Shown: positions 38,335-52,713, counted from the stretch's first letter. The stretch is 64,000 nt of DNA from Antedon mediterranea (GCF_964355755.1 NC_092675.1:15100912-15164911); one strand, 5' to 3'. Notes: a model not told the origin generated them from the sequence alone. Made by a program: numbers and translations.

Positions 38335-38920
38335 GCTGTCCGTCTTCTACTCGATCTATCTCCCACTACACATCTCTCTCCTCATCACTTTTCCAGTGCT
38401 AAGACTCTCCCCTTCCATGAACGATACCTCTTTCAGCTTGCATGTCTATCTTTCAAAGCTCTACATCACTCTGCTCCACTTACTATCTGTCAGCTTTTAA
38501 CTAAAGTAACTTCCAACGGCCGTATGAACACTAGGCAAATTACTACAGGAGATCTTCTTATCCCTTGTCCTTACCTTGAAATCTTTAAACTTTCTTTTAG
38601 TTTCAATGCTCCTTCTTTCTTTAATTCTCTACCTTTAAGCATTCGTAACTCTTACAATTTCTCCTCCTTTAAATCTCTTTTGAAAAAACACCTGTTTCTC
38701 TCTCTCTGATTTTATTTCTTTTTATCCTTCTTTCATTGTTGGCATACTGTATTTTTGTATATATATATATATATATTTTTTATATCTTTGTTAATTTTGT
38801 GTTTTTATAGTTTATTTGTATTTACTGTTTGTTTTGTTTGAGGGTCCCTAATGATCAGCTGATGCTGGATGGACCACCCTCATAAAATATTGTTGAAATA
38901 AAAATAAATAAAAATAAAAT
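38335..38920 (+). mobile_element. L2-group LINE 3' end
   Basis: NTRQITTGDLLIP...FSFNAPSFFNSLPLSIRNS..FKSLLKKHL, then a 3' stem-loop (gagggt...accctc) and an (aaataa)n tail. Confidence 0.8.
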
Positions 38921-38975
38921 TACGCTACCAAATATTCATTTTTTGTATAAAAGTAATCAAAATATGCACATTTTA

Positions 38976-39650
38976 TAATAATAATAATAATAATAAATAC
39001 TTTATTTTAACACGGAAAAGCTTGTGTCACCATAAAGGTGTTCTTCTACAAGGCCGTGATCAACTAACAGTAGTACATTACACATTTAAAAATAACAAAT
39101 TTTAAAAATAACAAATTTTAAAAATAACAAATTTTAAAAATAACAAATTAGAGAACAAAAATATATGAACAGAAACCTTAATTACATTTGTGATAAGAGT
39201 ACAAAATTAATAATAAATCACACCAATAATTTTTTGAAAGTATTTAAATTTGTGGCATTTTGCATTGGTTTTTTTAGAGTATTCCATAAACTAACACCAT
39301 GATATGAAAAACTTTTTTTTTTATATTCTGTTTTGGGTTTATTCAATTTTAATACATCCTTTGATCTTGTATTGTATGTGTCTAGTTTGGGTGTAAATAG
39401 TTCGTTTAGATATGGTGGTGCTTGATTATGGAATATTTTATATAACATTTTGGCTTCATTATTATGTAGTTGAGTATTAAGATTTATCCAGTTTAAGTTT
39501 GGCAGGGCTTGTGTACTTGAGTCGTATTTCCTTGTTTTTGTAATAATTTTGGCTGCTCTGTTTTGTAGCATTTGTTGTTTATTAGTATTTTTTTTATTTG
39601 ATCTGCCCCACACAATATTACAATAGTTAAACTGTTTTCCATACAATTAG
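38976..39650 (-). mobile_element. L2-group LINE 3' end
   Basis: NYCNIVWG...LQNRAAKIIT...APPYL...KKSFSYHGVSLWNTL, with an (att)n tail. Confidence 0.88.
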
Positions 39651-40339
39651 CTTCATACTTAAACATTTTCAATACAAGTTGGGTAGCAATGGGTAGCATA
39701 TTGTGTATGCCTTCATTTGATACCATGCAGTTTGTCCATTGGCATTTTAAAGAATAATTTAACCTGAAAATGTTTTTTTTTGTCATTTTTGGTTCAAAGG
39801 TAAGTAAAAGCTTTTCCAGTCATTTTTTCATTAAAATTTGTGTTAAACCGAATATAAATATGTATATTCTTAACAATTTGACACAAAAAGGAAATCTATA
39901 CGACAAGTGGTTGTCGAGATACTGTATAAGAACCACACATTTTTAACCTTTGACCCTGGTTTTGGGCATGTTCGCCCCAGATAGCGAATTTGGCACACAT
40001 TACATGTTGTTCGTTGGGGTCAAATTATCCTATAACAGTTGAGATATTCTCTCCTAAATTAAATGCATACAAATCTGACCCAGGTCCTAGACTATTATGA
40101 GAAACATCAAATAATATAAGGTTGTTTATAAGTGATGAACAAATAGCAATGATCATTAAATAAAAAATTTTACTTTAACTTTAAAATTAATTAAGTAGTT
40201 ACTCATATTGCATTGAAATAAGATTGCATTATTAAGGACAATACACTTGTACCTTGTTTTCAATAATAGCATAGATAATGAAACATTCCAATAACCTTTC
40301 CAAGTTACTTTTATTTGTGGATGATTATGATTATAAATT

Positions 40340-40745
40340 ATATCGTATTATTTCTTTTATCGACGATGCAGTATTTCTTCAGTAGGATTTGGATGGTCTA
40401 GTGCATTGGTTTAATTCTTAGGGTATGAAACTATTTCATTTATTTTATCAAATTAATAATCAGAACTTGGAAAAAGTGCAAGACCATAAGGATCTGGGAA
40501 TATTCTTGATTCCAAACTTTTATTTTCCAAGCATATTGACCACATTGTTAGTAAGAGTAATAGAATGGTTGACTTTATTTGGAGGCACTGAAAATTAGCT
40601 ACCCCAAACTCCTTGTGAATTTGTTTAAAACGCTTGTTAGACCTAATTTAGAATAATCCTCTGTTATTTTTAATTCAATTTCTGATATTCATGCGACAAT
40701 TAGGATTCAACATGTTCAAAGTAAGTTTGTTATGTTTCTAACACT
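40340..40745 (+). mobile_element. CR1-group LINE RT fragment
   Basis: LQ*DLDGLVHWF...NLEKVQDHKDLGIF...HIDHIVSKSNRM...LFKTLVRPNLE. Confidence 0.75.
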
Positions 40746-40844
40746 GTAAATAATCTATCAGCTATCAACTGAACCTAATCCTCTAAATATCCTCAGCTAT
40801 GAACTGAACCTAACCCTCTAAATAATCTAAACTATGAACTGAAC

Positions 40845-43800
40845 CTAACACTCTAAATAATCTAAACTACGAACTAAACCTAACCCTCTAAATATTCTCA
40901 GCTATCAACTGAACCTAACCCTCTAAATAATCTCAACTATGAACTGAACCTTACCCTCTAAATAACCTCAACTATGAACTGAACCTTACCCTCTAAATAA
41001 TCTCAACTATGAACTGAACCTAACCCTCTAAATATTCTCAACTATGAACTGAACCTAACCCTCTAAATATCCTCAGCTATGAACTGAACCTAACCCTCTA
41101 AATAATCTCAACTACGAACTGAACCTAACCCTCTAAATAATCTCAACTACGAACTGAACCTAACCCTCTAGATAATCTGTACTATGAACTGAACCTAACC
41201 CTCTAAATAATCTCAAGTATCAACTGAATCACTCCTTTTCATAATTTAACCTCAGCTATACTGTAACTGAACCTAACCCTCTAAATAATCTCAACTATCA
41301 ACTGAACCAAATCCTCTAAATAACCTCAACTACAAACTGAACCTAACCCTCTAAATAATCTAAACTATGAACTGAACCTAACCCTCTAAATATTCTCAAC
41401 TATCAACTGAACCTAACCCTCTAAATATCCTCAGCTATCAACTGAACCTACAGTAACCCTCTAAATAATCTCAACTATGAACTGAACCTAATAACCCTCT
41501 AAATATCCTCAGCTATCAACTGAACCTAACCCTCTAAATAATCTCAACTATGAACTGAACCTAACCCTCTAAATATTCTCAACTATGAACTGAACCTAAC
41601 CCTCTAAATATCCTCAGCTATCAACTGAACCTAACCCTCTAAATAATCTCAACTATGAACTGAACCTTACCCTCTAAATAACCTCAACTACGAACTGAAC
41701 CTAACCCTCTAAATATTCTCAACTATGAACTGAACCTAACCCTCTAAATATCCTCAGCTATGAACTGAACCTAACCCTCTAAATAATCTCAACTACGAAC
41801 TGAACCTAACCCTCTAAATAATCTGTACTATCAAAGATAGTGTAGTAGGAAGATGTTACACTTCCTATTCGTTCAATGCAAATAAAAGCGAGACAACATG
41901 GAGCTAAATTTAAAGGGCGCCTCGCACGTCGAGTAGGGATACGGAAAGTTATTGTATAGGAAATAGGCTATTATAACAGTAGAATAATATGATTGTAAAA
42001 TTAAGATTTAATACGAATTAACATATAAAATGTAATGTTATCTTTATAGAAAGTGCAAATGAATCATATTTATATGTTTTGGAATACAAATTTGTGTTTC
42101 AATTACCTGGAATTGTTTAGGTACCTGGAATTTATCTACCCGTATTTTATTTCTTTTATTTTAATGTTTTTATTTGCAAATCAATTGAACTTTTTAAAAT
42201 TATTTACATTTAATTGTTTATCATTGGACATAGATAGAAAATTTAATACCTAGCTTTAGAAACACTTCTTCATCAGAGTGAATAAATATATTAGGAGCCT
42301 AGTAGTGGTAAATAGGCCTACAATGTGTATGCCTATATAATAATCCATTACGTATGGTTTATTTCTAAGGGTAATAAAAGAGAATAGGTAGTATGGCATG
42401 TAATCAATAATCAATCAATCAATCAATATTTATTATAATCAATAATATTATACAAATAGTCGATCTGCATAAACTGAATACGGTACCAGTAGGCTTGAAC
42501 ATTATAGGAATTTAGGACTACGAGTATGTTTTTTTACTGAAAAAAAAAACAATTATTGTTAATTATCTATTAATTTTAATAACTTAATAATACTGTAACT
42601 AATTATTATATTATGCTTGTAACACTCCGAACTTTCGTGCATTCATCGTAATTGTATATGCCCTGATTATGTAACGCCTAACATTATTGATAATATTAAT
42701 TATAAGCCAATGAGTTCATTATTGGTAAGGTTATATCAAGGAAAAAATATCCGCGGGGAGGCCTACTTTACCCCCCTTTCATTATACTATATATATATAT
42801 ATATATATATGTATATACTATACTAACACTCTAAATAATCTAAACTACGAACTAAACCTAACCCTCTAAATATTCTCAGCTATCAACTGAACCTAACCCT
42901 CTAAATAATCTCAACTATGAACTGAACCTTACCCTCTAAATAACCTCAACTATGAACTGAACCTTACCCTCTAAATAATCTCAACTATGAACTGAACCTA
43001 ACCCTCTAAATATTCTCAACTATGAACTGAACCTAACCCTCTAAATATCCTCAGCTATGAACTGAACCTAACCCTCTAAATAATCTCAACTACGAACTGA
43101 ACCTAACCCTCTAAATAATCTCAACTACGAACTGAACCTAACCCTCTAGATAATCTGTACTATGAACTGAACCTAACCCTCTAAATAATCTCAAGTATCA
43201 ACTGAATCACTCCTTTTCATAATTTAACCTCAGCTATACTGTAACTGAACCTAACCCTCTAAATAATCTCAACTATCAACTGAACCAAATCCTCTAAATA
43301 ACCTCAACTACAAACTGAACCTAACCCTCTAAATAATCTAAACTATGAACTGAACTTAACCCTCTAAATATTCTCAACTATCAACTGAACCTAACCCTCT
43401 AAATATCCTCAGCTATCAACTGAACCTACAGTAACCCTCTAAATAATCTCAACTATGAACTGAACCTAATAACCCTCTAAATATCCTCAGCTATCAACTG
43501 AACCTAACCCTCTAAATAATCTCAACTATAAACTGAACCTAACCCTCTAAATATTCTCAACTATGAACTGAACCTAACCCTCTAAATATCCTCAGCTATC
43601 AACTGAACCTAACCCTCTAAATAATCTCAACTATGAACTGAACCTTACCCTCTAAATAACCTCAACTACGAACTGAACCTAACCCTCTAAATATTCTCAA
43701 CTATGAACTGAACCTAACCCTCTAAATATCCTCAGCTATGAACTGAACCTAACCCTCTAAATAATCTCAACTACGAACTGAACCTAACCCTCTAAATAAT

Positions 43801-44768
43801 CTGTACTATCAAAGATAGTGTAGTAGGAAGATGTTACACTTCCTATTCGTTCAATGCAAATAAAAGCGAGACAACATGGAGCTAAATTTAAAGGGCGCCT
43901 CGCACGTCGAGTAGGGATACGGAAAGTTATTGTATAGGAAATAGGCTATTATAACAGTAGAATAATATGATTGTAAAATTAAGATTTAATACGAATTAAC
44001 ATATAAAATGTAATGTTATCTTTATAGAAAGTGCAAATGAATCATATTTATATGTTTTGGAATACAAATTTGTGTTTCAATTACCTGGAATTGTTTAGGT
44101 ACCTGGAATTTATCTACCCGTATTTTATTTCTTTTATTTTAATGTTTTTATTTGCAAATCAATTGAACTTTTTAAAATTATTTACATTTAATTGTTTATC
44201 ATTGGACATAGATAGAAAATTTAATACCTAGCTTTAGAAACACTTCTTCATCAGAGTGAATAAATATATTAGGAGCCTAGTAGTGGTAAATAGGCCTACA
44301 ATGTGTATGCCTATATAATAATCCATTACGTATGGTTTATTTCTAAGGGTAATAAAAGAGAATAGGTAGTATGGCATGTAATCAATAATCAATCAATCAA
44401 TCAATATTTATTATAATCAATAATATTATACAAATAGTCGATCTGCATAAACTGAATACGGTACCAGTAGGCTTGAACATTATAGGAATTTAGGACTACG
44501 AGTATGTTTTTTTACTGAAAAAAAAAACAATTATTGTTAATTATCTATTAATTTTAATAACTTAATAATACTGTAACTAATTATTATATTATGCTTGTAA
44601 CACTCCGAACTTTCGTGCATTCATCGTAATTGTATATGCCCTGATTATGTAACGCCTAACATTATTGATAATATTAATTATAAGCCAATGAGTTCATTAT
44701 TGGTAAGGTTATATCAAGGAAAAAATATCCGCGGGGAGGCCTACTTTACCCCCCTTTCATTATACTAT
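40845..44768 (+). repeat. Near-perfect tandem duplication, period 1978 bp (40845-42790 and 42823-44768)
   Basis: Identical ORFs at 42053 and 44031. Only a few differences seen, and a (TA)n filler at 42791-42822. Confidence 0.93.
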
Positions 44769-45430
44769 CCTTACAAAAAATGTTCTATCTATAGAAGTTT
44801 TAGAATTCTATGTTAATCTATAGAAACAGATAATTTCTATAGAAACGAATTTACAGATTCTACCCCTAGAGTTTTATAGAAATTGCAGAAGAATTGCTAT
44901 AATTTATTCATAAATCATATATTGTTTGTCAACAACAATACTGTACACTTTAAAATTAGCATTATGACTTCAGACTTAACTGGGGTTTACCAAGATAGGT
45001 AAGAGTTTTTATGGGTACGGGTTGGTTTGGGTACGGGTTGGTTTGGGTACGAGATGACCACCATCCATTCATGAATGCGTCTACAGGCGCGCGTAAGCCT
45101 CCTCCTGATCCTAGCTCAGTGTTTACAGTCATGTCATGACAAAACTCACTCCAAATAAATGTATTAACAATTAAAAAGATCCAAAAACAGTATGAAAACA
45201 TCATATTAATTTTTAACTTTGTATAATAAAGACAAAAAAGAAGTTTTTGTTTGTTTTTTGTGGCTTATTTTTACAATTTATTGCCGAAAACACCATTTTC
45301 ATTGGGCTTTGCCATTGCGCTCCTCATGTTTCAGATTCGTCTATCCCTACTCATCGTGAGAGGCGCCCTATCTCGAGCGGTTCTCTAATTTTTGAGCGAA
45401 GTGTAACATCTTCCTACTACACTATCTTTG
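43810..45430. mobile_element. Non-autonomous TIR element with 7-bp TSD (P-element-like); left part duplicated at 41832-42790
   Basis: Perfect ~33-bp TIR caaagatagtgtagtaggaagatgttacacttc with CA...TG ends. TSD gtactat at 43803-43809 and 45431-45437. Confidence 0.85.
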
Positions 45431-47252
45431 GTACTATGAACTGAACCTAACCCTCTAAATAATCTCAACTACGAACTGAACCTAACCCTCTAAATAATCT
45501 GTACTATGAACTGAACCTAACCCTCTAAATAATCTCAAGTATCAACTGAATCACTCCTTTTCATAATTTAACCTCAGCTATAACTGAACCTAACCCTCTA
45601 AATAATCTCAACTATCAACTGAACCAAATCCTCTAAATAACCTCAACTACAAACTGAACCTAACCCTCTAAATAATCTAAGCTATGAACTGAACCAAACC
45701 CTCTAAATACCCTCAGCTATGAACTGAACCTAACCCTCAAATAATCCCAACTATCAACTAAACCTAACCCTCTAAATATCCTTAGCTATGAACTGAACCT
45801 AACCCTCTAAATATCCTCAGCTATGAACTGAACCCAACCCTCAAAATAATCTCAACTACGAACTGAACCTAACCCTCTAAATAATCTGTACTATGAACTG
45901 AACCTAACCCTCTAAATAATCTCAAGTATCAACTGAATCACTCCTTTTCATAATTTAACCTCAGCTATAACTGAACCTAACCCTCTAAATAATCTCAACT
46001 ATCAACTGAACCAAATCCTCTAAATAACCTCAACTACAAACTGAACCTAACCCTCTAAATAATCTCAACTATGAACTCAACCTAACCCTCTAAATAATCT
46101 CAACTACAAACTGAACCTAACCTTCTAAATAATCTCAACTATGAACTAAACCTAACCCTCTAAATAATCTCAACTATCAACTGAACCTAACCATCTAAAT
46201 AATCTCAATTATGAACTGAACTTAACTCTCTCAATAATCTCAACTATGAACTGAACCTAACCCCGTAAATATTCTCAACTATCAACTGAACCTAACCCTC
46301 TAAATAATCTAAACTATGAACTGAACCAAACCCTCTAAATAACCTCAGTTATGAACTGAACCTAACCCTCAAATAATCCCAACTATTAACTCAATCTAAC
46401 CCTCTAAATAATCTCAACTACGAACTGAACCTAACACTCTAAATAATCTCAACTATGAACTGAACCTAACCCTCTAAATAATCTCAACTATGAACTGAAC
46501 CTAATCTCAACTATCAACCCTCTAAATAATCTCTACTATGAACTGAACCTAACCCTCTAAATAATCTTAACTATGAACTGAACCTAACCCTCTAAATAAT
46601 CTCAACTACAAACTGAACCTAACCTTCTAAATAATCTCAACTATGAACTAAACCTAACCCTCTAAATAATCTCAACTATCAACTGAACCTAACCATCTAA
46701 ATAATCTCAATTATGAACTGAACTTAACCCTCTAAATAATCTCAACTATGAACTGAACCGAACTCTCTTAATAATCTCAACTATTAACTGAACCTAACCC
46801 CGTAAATATTCTCAACTATGAACTCAACCTAACCCTCTAAATAATGTCAACTACAAACTGAACCTAACCCTCTAAATAATCTCAACTATGAACTCAACCT
46901 AACCCCCTAAATAATCTCAACTATGAACTCAAACTAACCCTCTAAATAATCTCAACTACAAACTGAACTTAACCCTCTAAATAATCCCAACTATGAACTG
47001 AACCTAACCCTCTAAATAATCTCAACTATCAACTGAACCTAACCCTCCAAATAATGTCAATTATGAACTGAACTTAACCCTCTAAATAATCTCAACTTTG
47101 AACTGAACCTAACTCTCTCAATAAACTCAACTATGAACTGAACCTAACCCTGTAAATATTCTCAACTATGAACTGAACCAAACCCTCTAAATAACCTCAG
47201 CTATGAACTGAACCTAACCCTCTAAATAATGTCAATTATGAACTGAACTTAA

Positions 47253-47796
47253 AGATGTATTGTCCCTTGAAACACAAAAAATGAAGATCAAAATATTCTA
47301 AATTTAAATTGGCCATATGAGAGTAATATTAAAGTTATTCACTTTAAGTCGAAAATTTGAGGCAAAAACAACAAGTTTACGTAATTACAGGTAAATTAAT
47401 TTGATTACATTTCGTTTTGAAAATCGTCACAAGTGAAAGTAAACAAAGATTTCAAACCACAAGTATGCATTATGAATGATGCTAATTAGGATTGTTTACA
47501 ACTCGTCGCGGTTGAGAAGCTGTTTTCACACAGATCGCGAGGAAGTTTTATGATTATACATACAGAGTAGCCAAACAAGCGCGTTGCATTATGAGATATG
47601 TTTTGATCCAAAACTTTTACTGGAAGTCAAAGTTATTTTTTAAACAAAAAAACATCCGTATTTCGGTTAAATTATTTTTTTTTCAAATAATTTTTGGTGA
47701 AAGTAAATATTATATTATGATACTTCAAAATGACCCACTTTTTTTCCAAATATAAAAAAAAAAATTTGGGGAATTAGTCAAAGGGACAAAACATCT
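47253..47796. mobile_element. Kolobok-like MITE in the satellite
   Basis: ttaa|AGATGTATTGTCCCTT...AAGGGACAAAACATCT|ttaa, and the satellite register resumes afterwards. Confidence 0.85.
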
Positions 47797-48846
47797 TTAA
47801 CCCTCAAAATAATCTCAACTATGAACTGAACCTAACTCTGTAAATAATCTCAACTATGAACTGAACCTGATCCTGTAAATATTCTCAACTATGAACTGAA
47901 CCAACCCCTCTAAAGAACCTCAGCTATGAACTGAACCTAACCCTCTAAATAATCTCAACTATTAACTCAACCTAACCCTCTAAATAATCTAAACTACGAA
48001 CTAAACCTATATAAACTGAACCTAATCTCAACTATCAACTAACACTCTAAATAATCTCTACTATGAACTGAACCTAACCCTCTAAATAATCTCAACTATG
48101 AACTGAACCTAACCCTCTAAATAATCTCAACTATCAACTGAACCAAATCCTCTAAGTAACCTCAGCTATGAACTGAACCTAACCCTCTAAATAATCTCAA
48201 CTACAAACTGAACCTAACCCTCTAAATAATCTCAACTATGAACTGAGCCTAACCCTCTAAATAATCTCAACTATCAACTGAACCTAAACCTCTAAATAAT
48301 CTCAATTATCAACTAAACCAAACCCTCTAAATAACCTCGGCTATGAACTGAACCTAACCCTCTAAATAATCTCAACTACGAACTGAACCTAACCATCTAA
48401 ATTATCTCAACTATGAACTGAACCAAACCCTCTAAATAACCTCAGCTATGAACTGAACCTAACCCTCTAAATAATCTCAACTATGAACTGAACCAAACCC
48501 TCTAAATAACCTCAGCTATGAACTGAACCTAACCCTCTAAATAACCTCAGCTATGAACTGAACCTAACCCTCTAAATAATCTCAACTATGAACTGAACCT
48601 AATCTCAACTATCAACCCTCTAAATAATCTCAACTATGAACTGAACCTAATCTCAACTATCAACCCTCTAAATAATCTCAACTATGAACTGAACCGAACC
48701 CTCTAAATAATCTCAACTATCAACTGAACCTAACCCTCTAAATAATCTCAACTATGAACTCAACCTAACCCTCTAAATAATCTCAACTATGAACTCAAAC
48801 TAACCCTCTAAATAATCTCAACTACAAACTGAACCTAACACTCTAA

Positions 48847-49626
48847 GGTCGTGTTTATACAACACCCTAAATTTGAACACGGCTTTAATTTTTAGCGTGT
48901 TGTTCGGACCGAGGTCAACCCACCTTAACGTTTGCTGTTATACTAGAAATCACGATACCGTGTTGTACCGGAAGTTTCATCAACACGCAGTGCATGCTAG
49001 GATAAAAGGTCAAATCGTTGATCGCTTGAATTGAATTGTTGGCTGGGTTGTCAACAAATCATCGTCGCCTCCTCGCTGTCCGATGTATTCTCGCGGTTTT
49101 TACCGTTTTCATTATTGTATTCGTTCACGTTTGCATTGTTGTTTATTTTGATCTCGGTTCATTTAAATTAATAAAAGTTATTTTAAGGGTTTCATTGTTT
49201 CATCTATACACTATGGAAGAAGATGCCATTTTTGCGATGTTATTTTTTATTCTGTTTGGAGTGGGAAACGATAGTCTATAGAGGCCTACTACCACTACGA
49301 GTTGGCCCTACCAGGCTAGGCGTAAGACGTGGTAGGAGGATGATTGCTGGCAGCAAAGCAGCAATAAATGGGCCCAATCTTGTTAGACGTCGCAATCGCA
49401 TGACATGATTGAAATTACGACCTGTTTTAACGAGAGGTCAAAATATACCCTGAGGACACTTCCAACACGGTAACGGCGACCGGGAATCCACCAAATTTTA
49501 GGATTCAGCCAAGTAGCCTTTTTTGCAATTAAAATCTCATTACACAGAATCTCTTTGTTGTTATACAACACACTTCTCGTAGGCGTGTAGAATATGCGTG
49601 TAATAGCGTGTTGTATAAACGCGCCC
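48847..49626. mobile_element. PIF/Harbinger-like MITE in the satellite
   Basis: taa|ggtcgtgtttatacaacac...gtgttgtataaacgcgccc|taa. Confidence 0.85.
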
Positions 49627-51647
49627 TAAATAATCTCAACTATGAACTGAGCCTAACCCTCTAAATAATCTCAACTACAAACTGAACCTAACCCTCTAAA
49701 TAATCTCAACTATGAACTGAATCTAACTCTCTCAATGATATCAACTATGAACTGAACCTAACCCTCTAAATAATCTGAACTATGAACTCCACCTAACCGC
49801 TAAATAATTTCAACTACAAACTGAACCTACTGTAACCCTCTAAATAATCTCAACTATGAACTCAACCTAACTCTCTAAATAATCTCAACTACAAACTGAA
49901 CCTAACCCTCCAAATAATCCCAACTATGAACTGAACCTAACCCTCTAAATAATCTCAACTATCAACTGACGTAACCCTCTAAATAATGTCAATTATGAAC
50001 TGAACTTAACCCTCTAAATAATCTCAACTATGAACTGAACTTAACCCTGTAAATATTCTCAACTATGAACTGAACCAAACCCTCTAAATAATCTCAACTA
50101 TGAACTGAACCTAACCCTGTAAATATTCTCAACTATGAACTGAACCTAACCCTCTAAATAATCTCAACTATGAACTGAACCTAATCTCAACTATCAACTA
50201 ACACTCTAAATAATCTCAACTATTAACTGAACCTAACCCTCTAAATAATCTCAACTATCAACTGAACCAAATCCTCTAAGTAACCTCAGCTATGAACTGA
50301 ACCTAACCCTCTAAATAATCTCAACTATGAACTCAACCTAACCCTCTAAATAATCTCTACTACAAACTGAACCAACCCTCTAAATAATCTCAACTATGAA
50401 CTGAGCCTAACCCTCTAAATAATCTCCACTATCAACTGAACCTAACCCTCTAAATAATGTCAATTATGAACTGAACTTAACACTCTAAATAATCTCAACT
50501 ATGAACTGAATCTAACTCTCTCAATAATCTCAACTATGAACTGAACCTAACCCCATAAATAATCTAAAAAATCAACTGAACCTAACCCTCTAAATAATCT
50601 AAACTATGAACTGAACCAAACCCTCTAAATAACCTCAGCTATGAACTGAACCTAACACTCTAAATAATCTCAACTACGAACTGAACCTAACCATCTAAAT
50701 AATCTCAAATATGAACTGAACCTAACCCTCTAAATAATCTCAACTATGAACTGAACCTAATCTCAACTATCAACTAAACCAAACCCTCTAAATAACCTCG
50801 GCTATGAACTGAACCCAACCCTCTAAATAATCTCAACTACGAACTGAACCTAACCCTCTAAATAATCTCAACTATGAACTGAACCTAACCCTCTAAATAA
50901 TCTCAAGTATCAACTGAATCACCCCTTTTCATAATTTAACCTCAGCTATGAACTGAACCTAACCCACTAAATAATCTCAACTATGAACTAAACCTAACCC
51001 TCTAAATAATCTCAACTATGAACTGAACCTAACACTCTAAATAATCTCAACTATCAACTGAACCAAACCCTCTAAATAATCCCAACTATGAACTGAACCT
51101 AACCCTCTAAATAATCTCAACTATGAACTGAACCTAAACCTCTAAATAATCTCAGCTATGAACTGAACCTAACCCTCTAAATAATCTCAACTATGAACTG
51201 AACCTAACCCTCTATTAATAATCTCAACTATGAACTGAACCTAAACCTCTAAATAATCCCAGCTATGAACTGAACCTAACCCTCTAAATAATCAGTATGA
51301 ACTGTGTGTCAACTAAACCTAACCCTTTAAGTATACCCAGTTTAAAGGCCAGGTGCGGGCAAAAAATTTCTATTGATCATACATTCCAATAATTACCGAT
51401 CTATAGTTTCCCCTATGTTTCATAATTTTTGGGATTTTATTTGGAGGGTTTCTTTTCTGCGAGTTGCGAGTTGCAAGTAGGAAAATGCTAGTTGTGAGTC
51501 GGAAAATGCAAGTTGCTAGTCGGAAAATGCGAGTTGCGAGTCGGAAAATGATAGTTCAAATTACAGAGTAAAATCTCTATTCTTTTGTACACAAATTTTG
51601 TAAATAGGGAGGCATTTTAAAAAGCCTGAAAAATAAACGGTGTAGTA

Positions 51648-52385
51648 AACAAGGCCAACAGCCATTAAGTCGCGTGCTACAATGCATAGTGATACCGGAC
51701 CGACAGACAAACAGACTGACAGACAGACAGACAGACAGACCGACAGACAGACGGACCGACCGACATAGTGAACTATACTGACCGAAATTACTGAACATGT
51801 TTAAAAATGTTGAAATGTTTAAAAACATTTATATTTTTTTAATTTACACGTGCGTAGCCTGTCACATTTGACGTGCTCGTATAACGTAGTTTCGAGTTGA
51901 AAATTAAGTCAAGAAAACAGAAATCGGGCAAAAAGTGTGCGCAATAACATTTAACGCGCAGTGCGCGCGCAAAATTCTGCGCACTCATGGCAATTTTGTA
52001 AACGCTTAAAATTGCCTGAAACGTACTCTTATTTCATCGAAAAAAAATTTTGAAAATTTTAAGCGCGCGTACGCATGCGTTACATGCGCTACGCACGTAA
52101 TTGTATTGCCATATGATGATTTATGCCCTGAAATTTATGAGTACCAAATTTTATTTAATTGTGATTCATGGTTGTTAAGATATGATTACAAACGTGATTT
52201 CGTTAAATCGTGCGTAGACCGCGTAATTTTTTATTGCGCACCGTGAAAACATAACCACATCGATTCCTGGCCATAAGGAATATTCTGTGAAAAATTGACT
52301 TAGCTAGATTAAACTGATATCAAGATAAGGTCATAAAGCGACAAAACGCATAGTGATACCGGACCGACAGACAGACAGACAGACC

Positions 52386-52416
<31 letters not shown>

Positions 52417-52465
52417 CGACCGACCGACTTAGTGAACTATAGAGTCGCTTCCACGCGACTAAAAA
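51648..52465 (+). mobile_element. Helentron-associated non-autonomous element (HINE/DINE-1-like)
   Basis: Two (GACA/GACC)n tracts each followed by agtgaactata, and a 3' hairpin agtcgc-ttccac-gcgact then aaaaa. Confidence 0.75.
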
Positions 52466-52713
52466 TGTTATCAGATGACTAAATATAGGTAATATAACTT
52501 GAATTTTACATTTCTGGTATTTTTATTGAACTTCTATTCAGATTTTCATTTTTAATATGCTATAGCAAAAATTATCCACTGTATATCCACCTTCTAGGGA
52601 GTCACCAGACATGTTATTACATAAGGTTTTATGGCAGAATTTTGCCAAATTTTGTATTTGACCATGTTTTTTGTCATTCTGTTACAAATATTTGATTTAT
52701 TTACAATTAATCT

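Larger units (their letters stand above)
37930..40094. mobile_element. Degenerate DNA-transposon-like sequence hosting two LINE fragments
   Basis: Internal direct repeat ~37980-38085 vs 39786-39890. The right end ccaggtcctagacta resembles a TAG..CTA-type terminus, but no left TIR is seen. Confidence 0.4.
40757..51330 (+). repeat. 35-bp satellite array 2 (40757-41831, 42823-43809, 45431-47252, 47797-48846, 49627-51330)
   Basis: Unit aactgaacctaaccctctaaataatctcaactatg. A recurrent variant unit (gaatcac.ccttttcataattt) is shared with array 1. Confidence 0.97.

Noticed and set aside
42250-42280. Second hammerhead on the minus strand (CTGATGA...), duplicated at ~44228-44258
   Set aside because: The core GAAA reads TAAA and the stems are minimal. 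At best a dead Penelope remnant.
40757-51330. CRISPR-like array (35-bp repeats)
   Set aside because: Head-to-tail monomers with no unique spacers, no cas genes, and a eukaryotic context.
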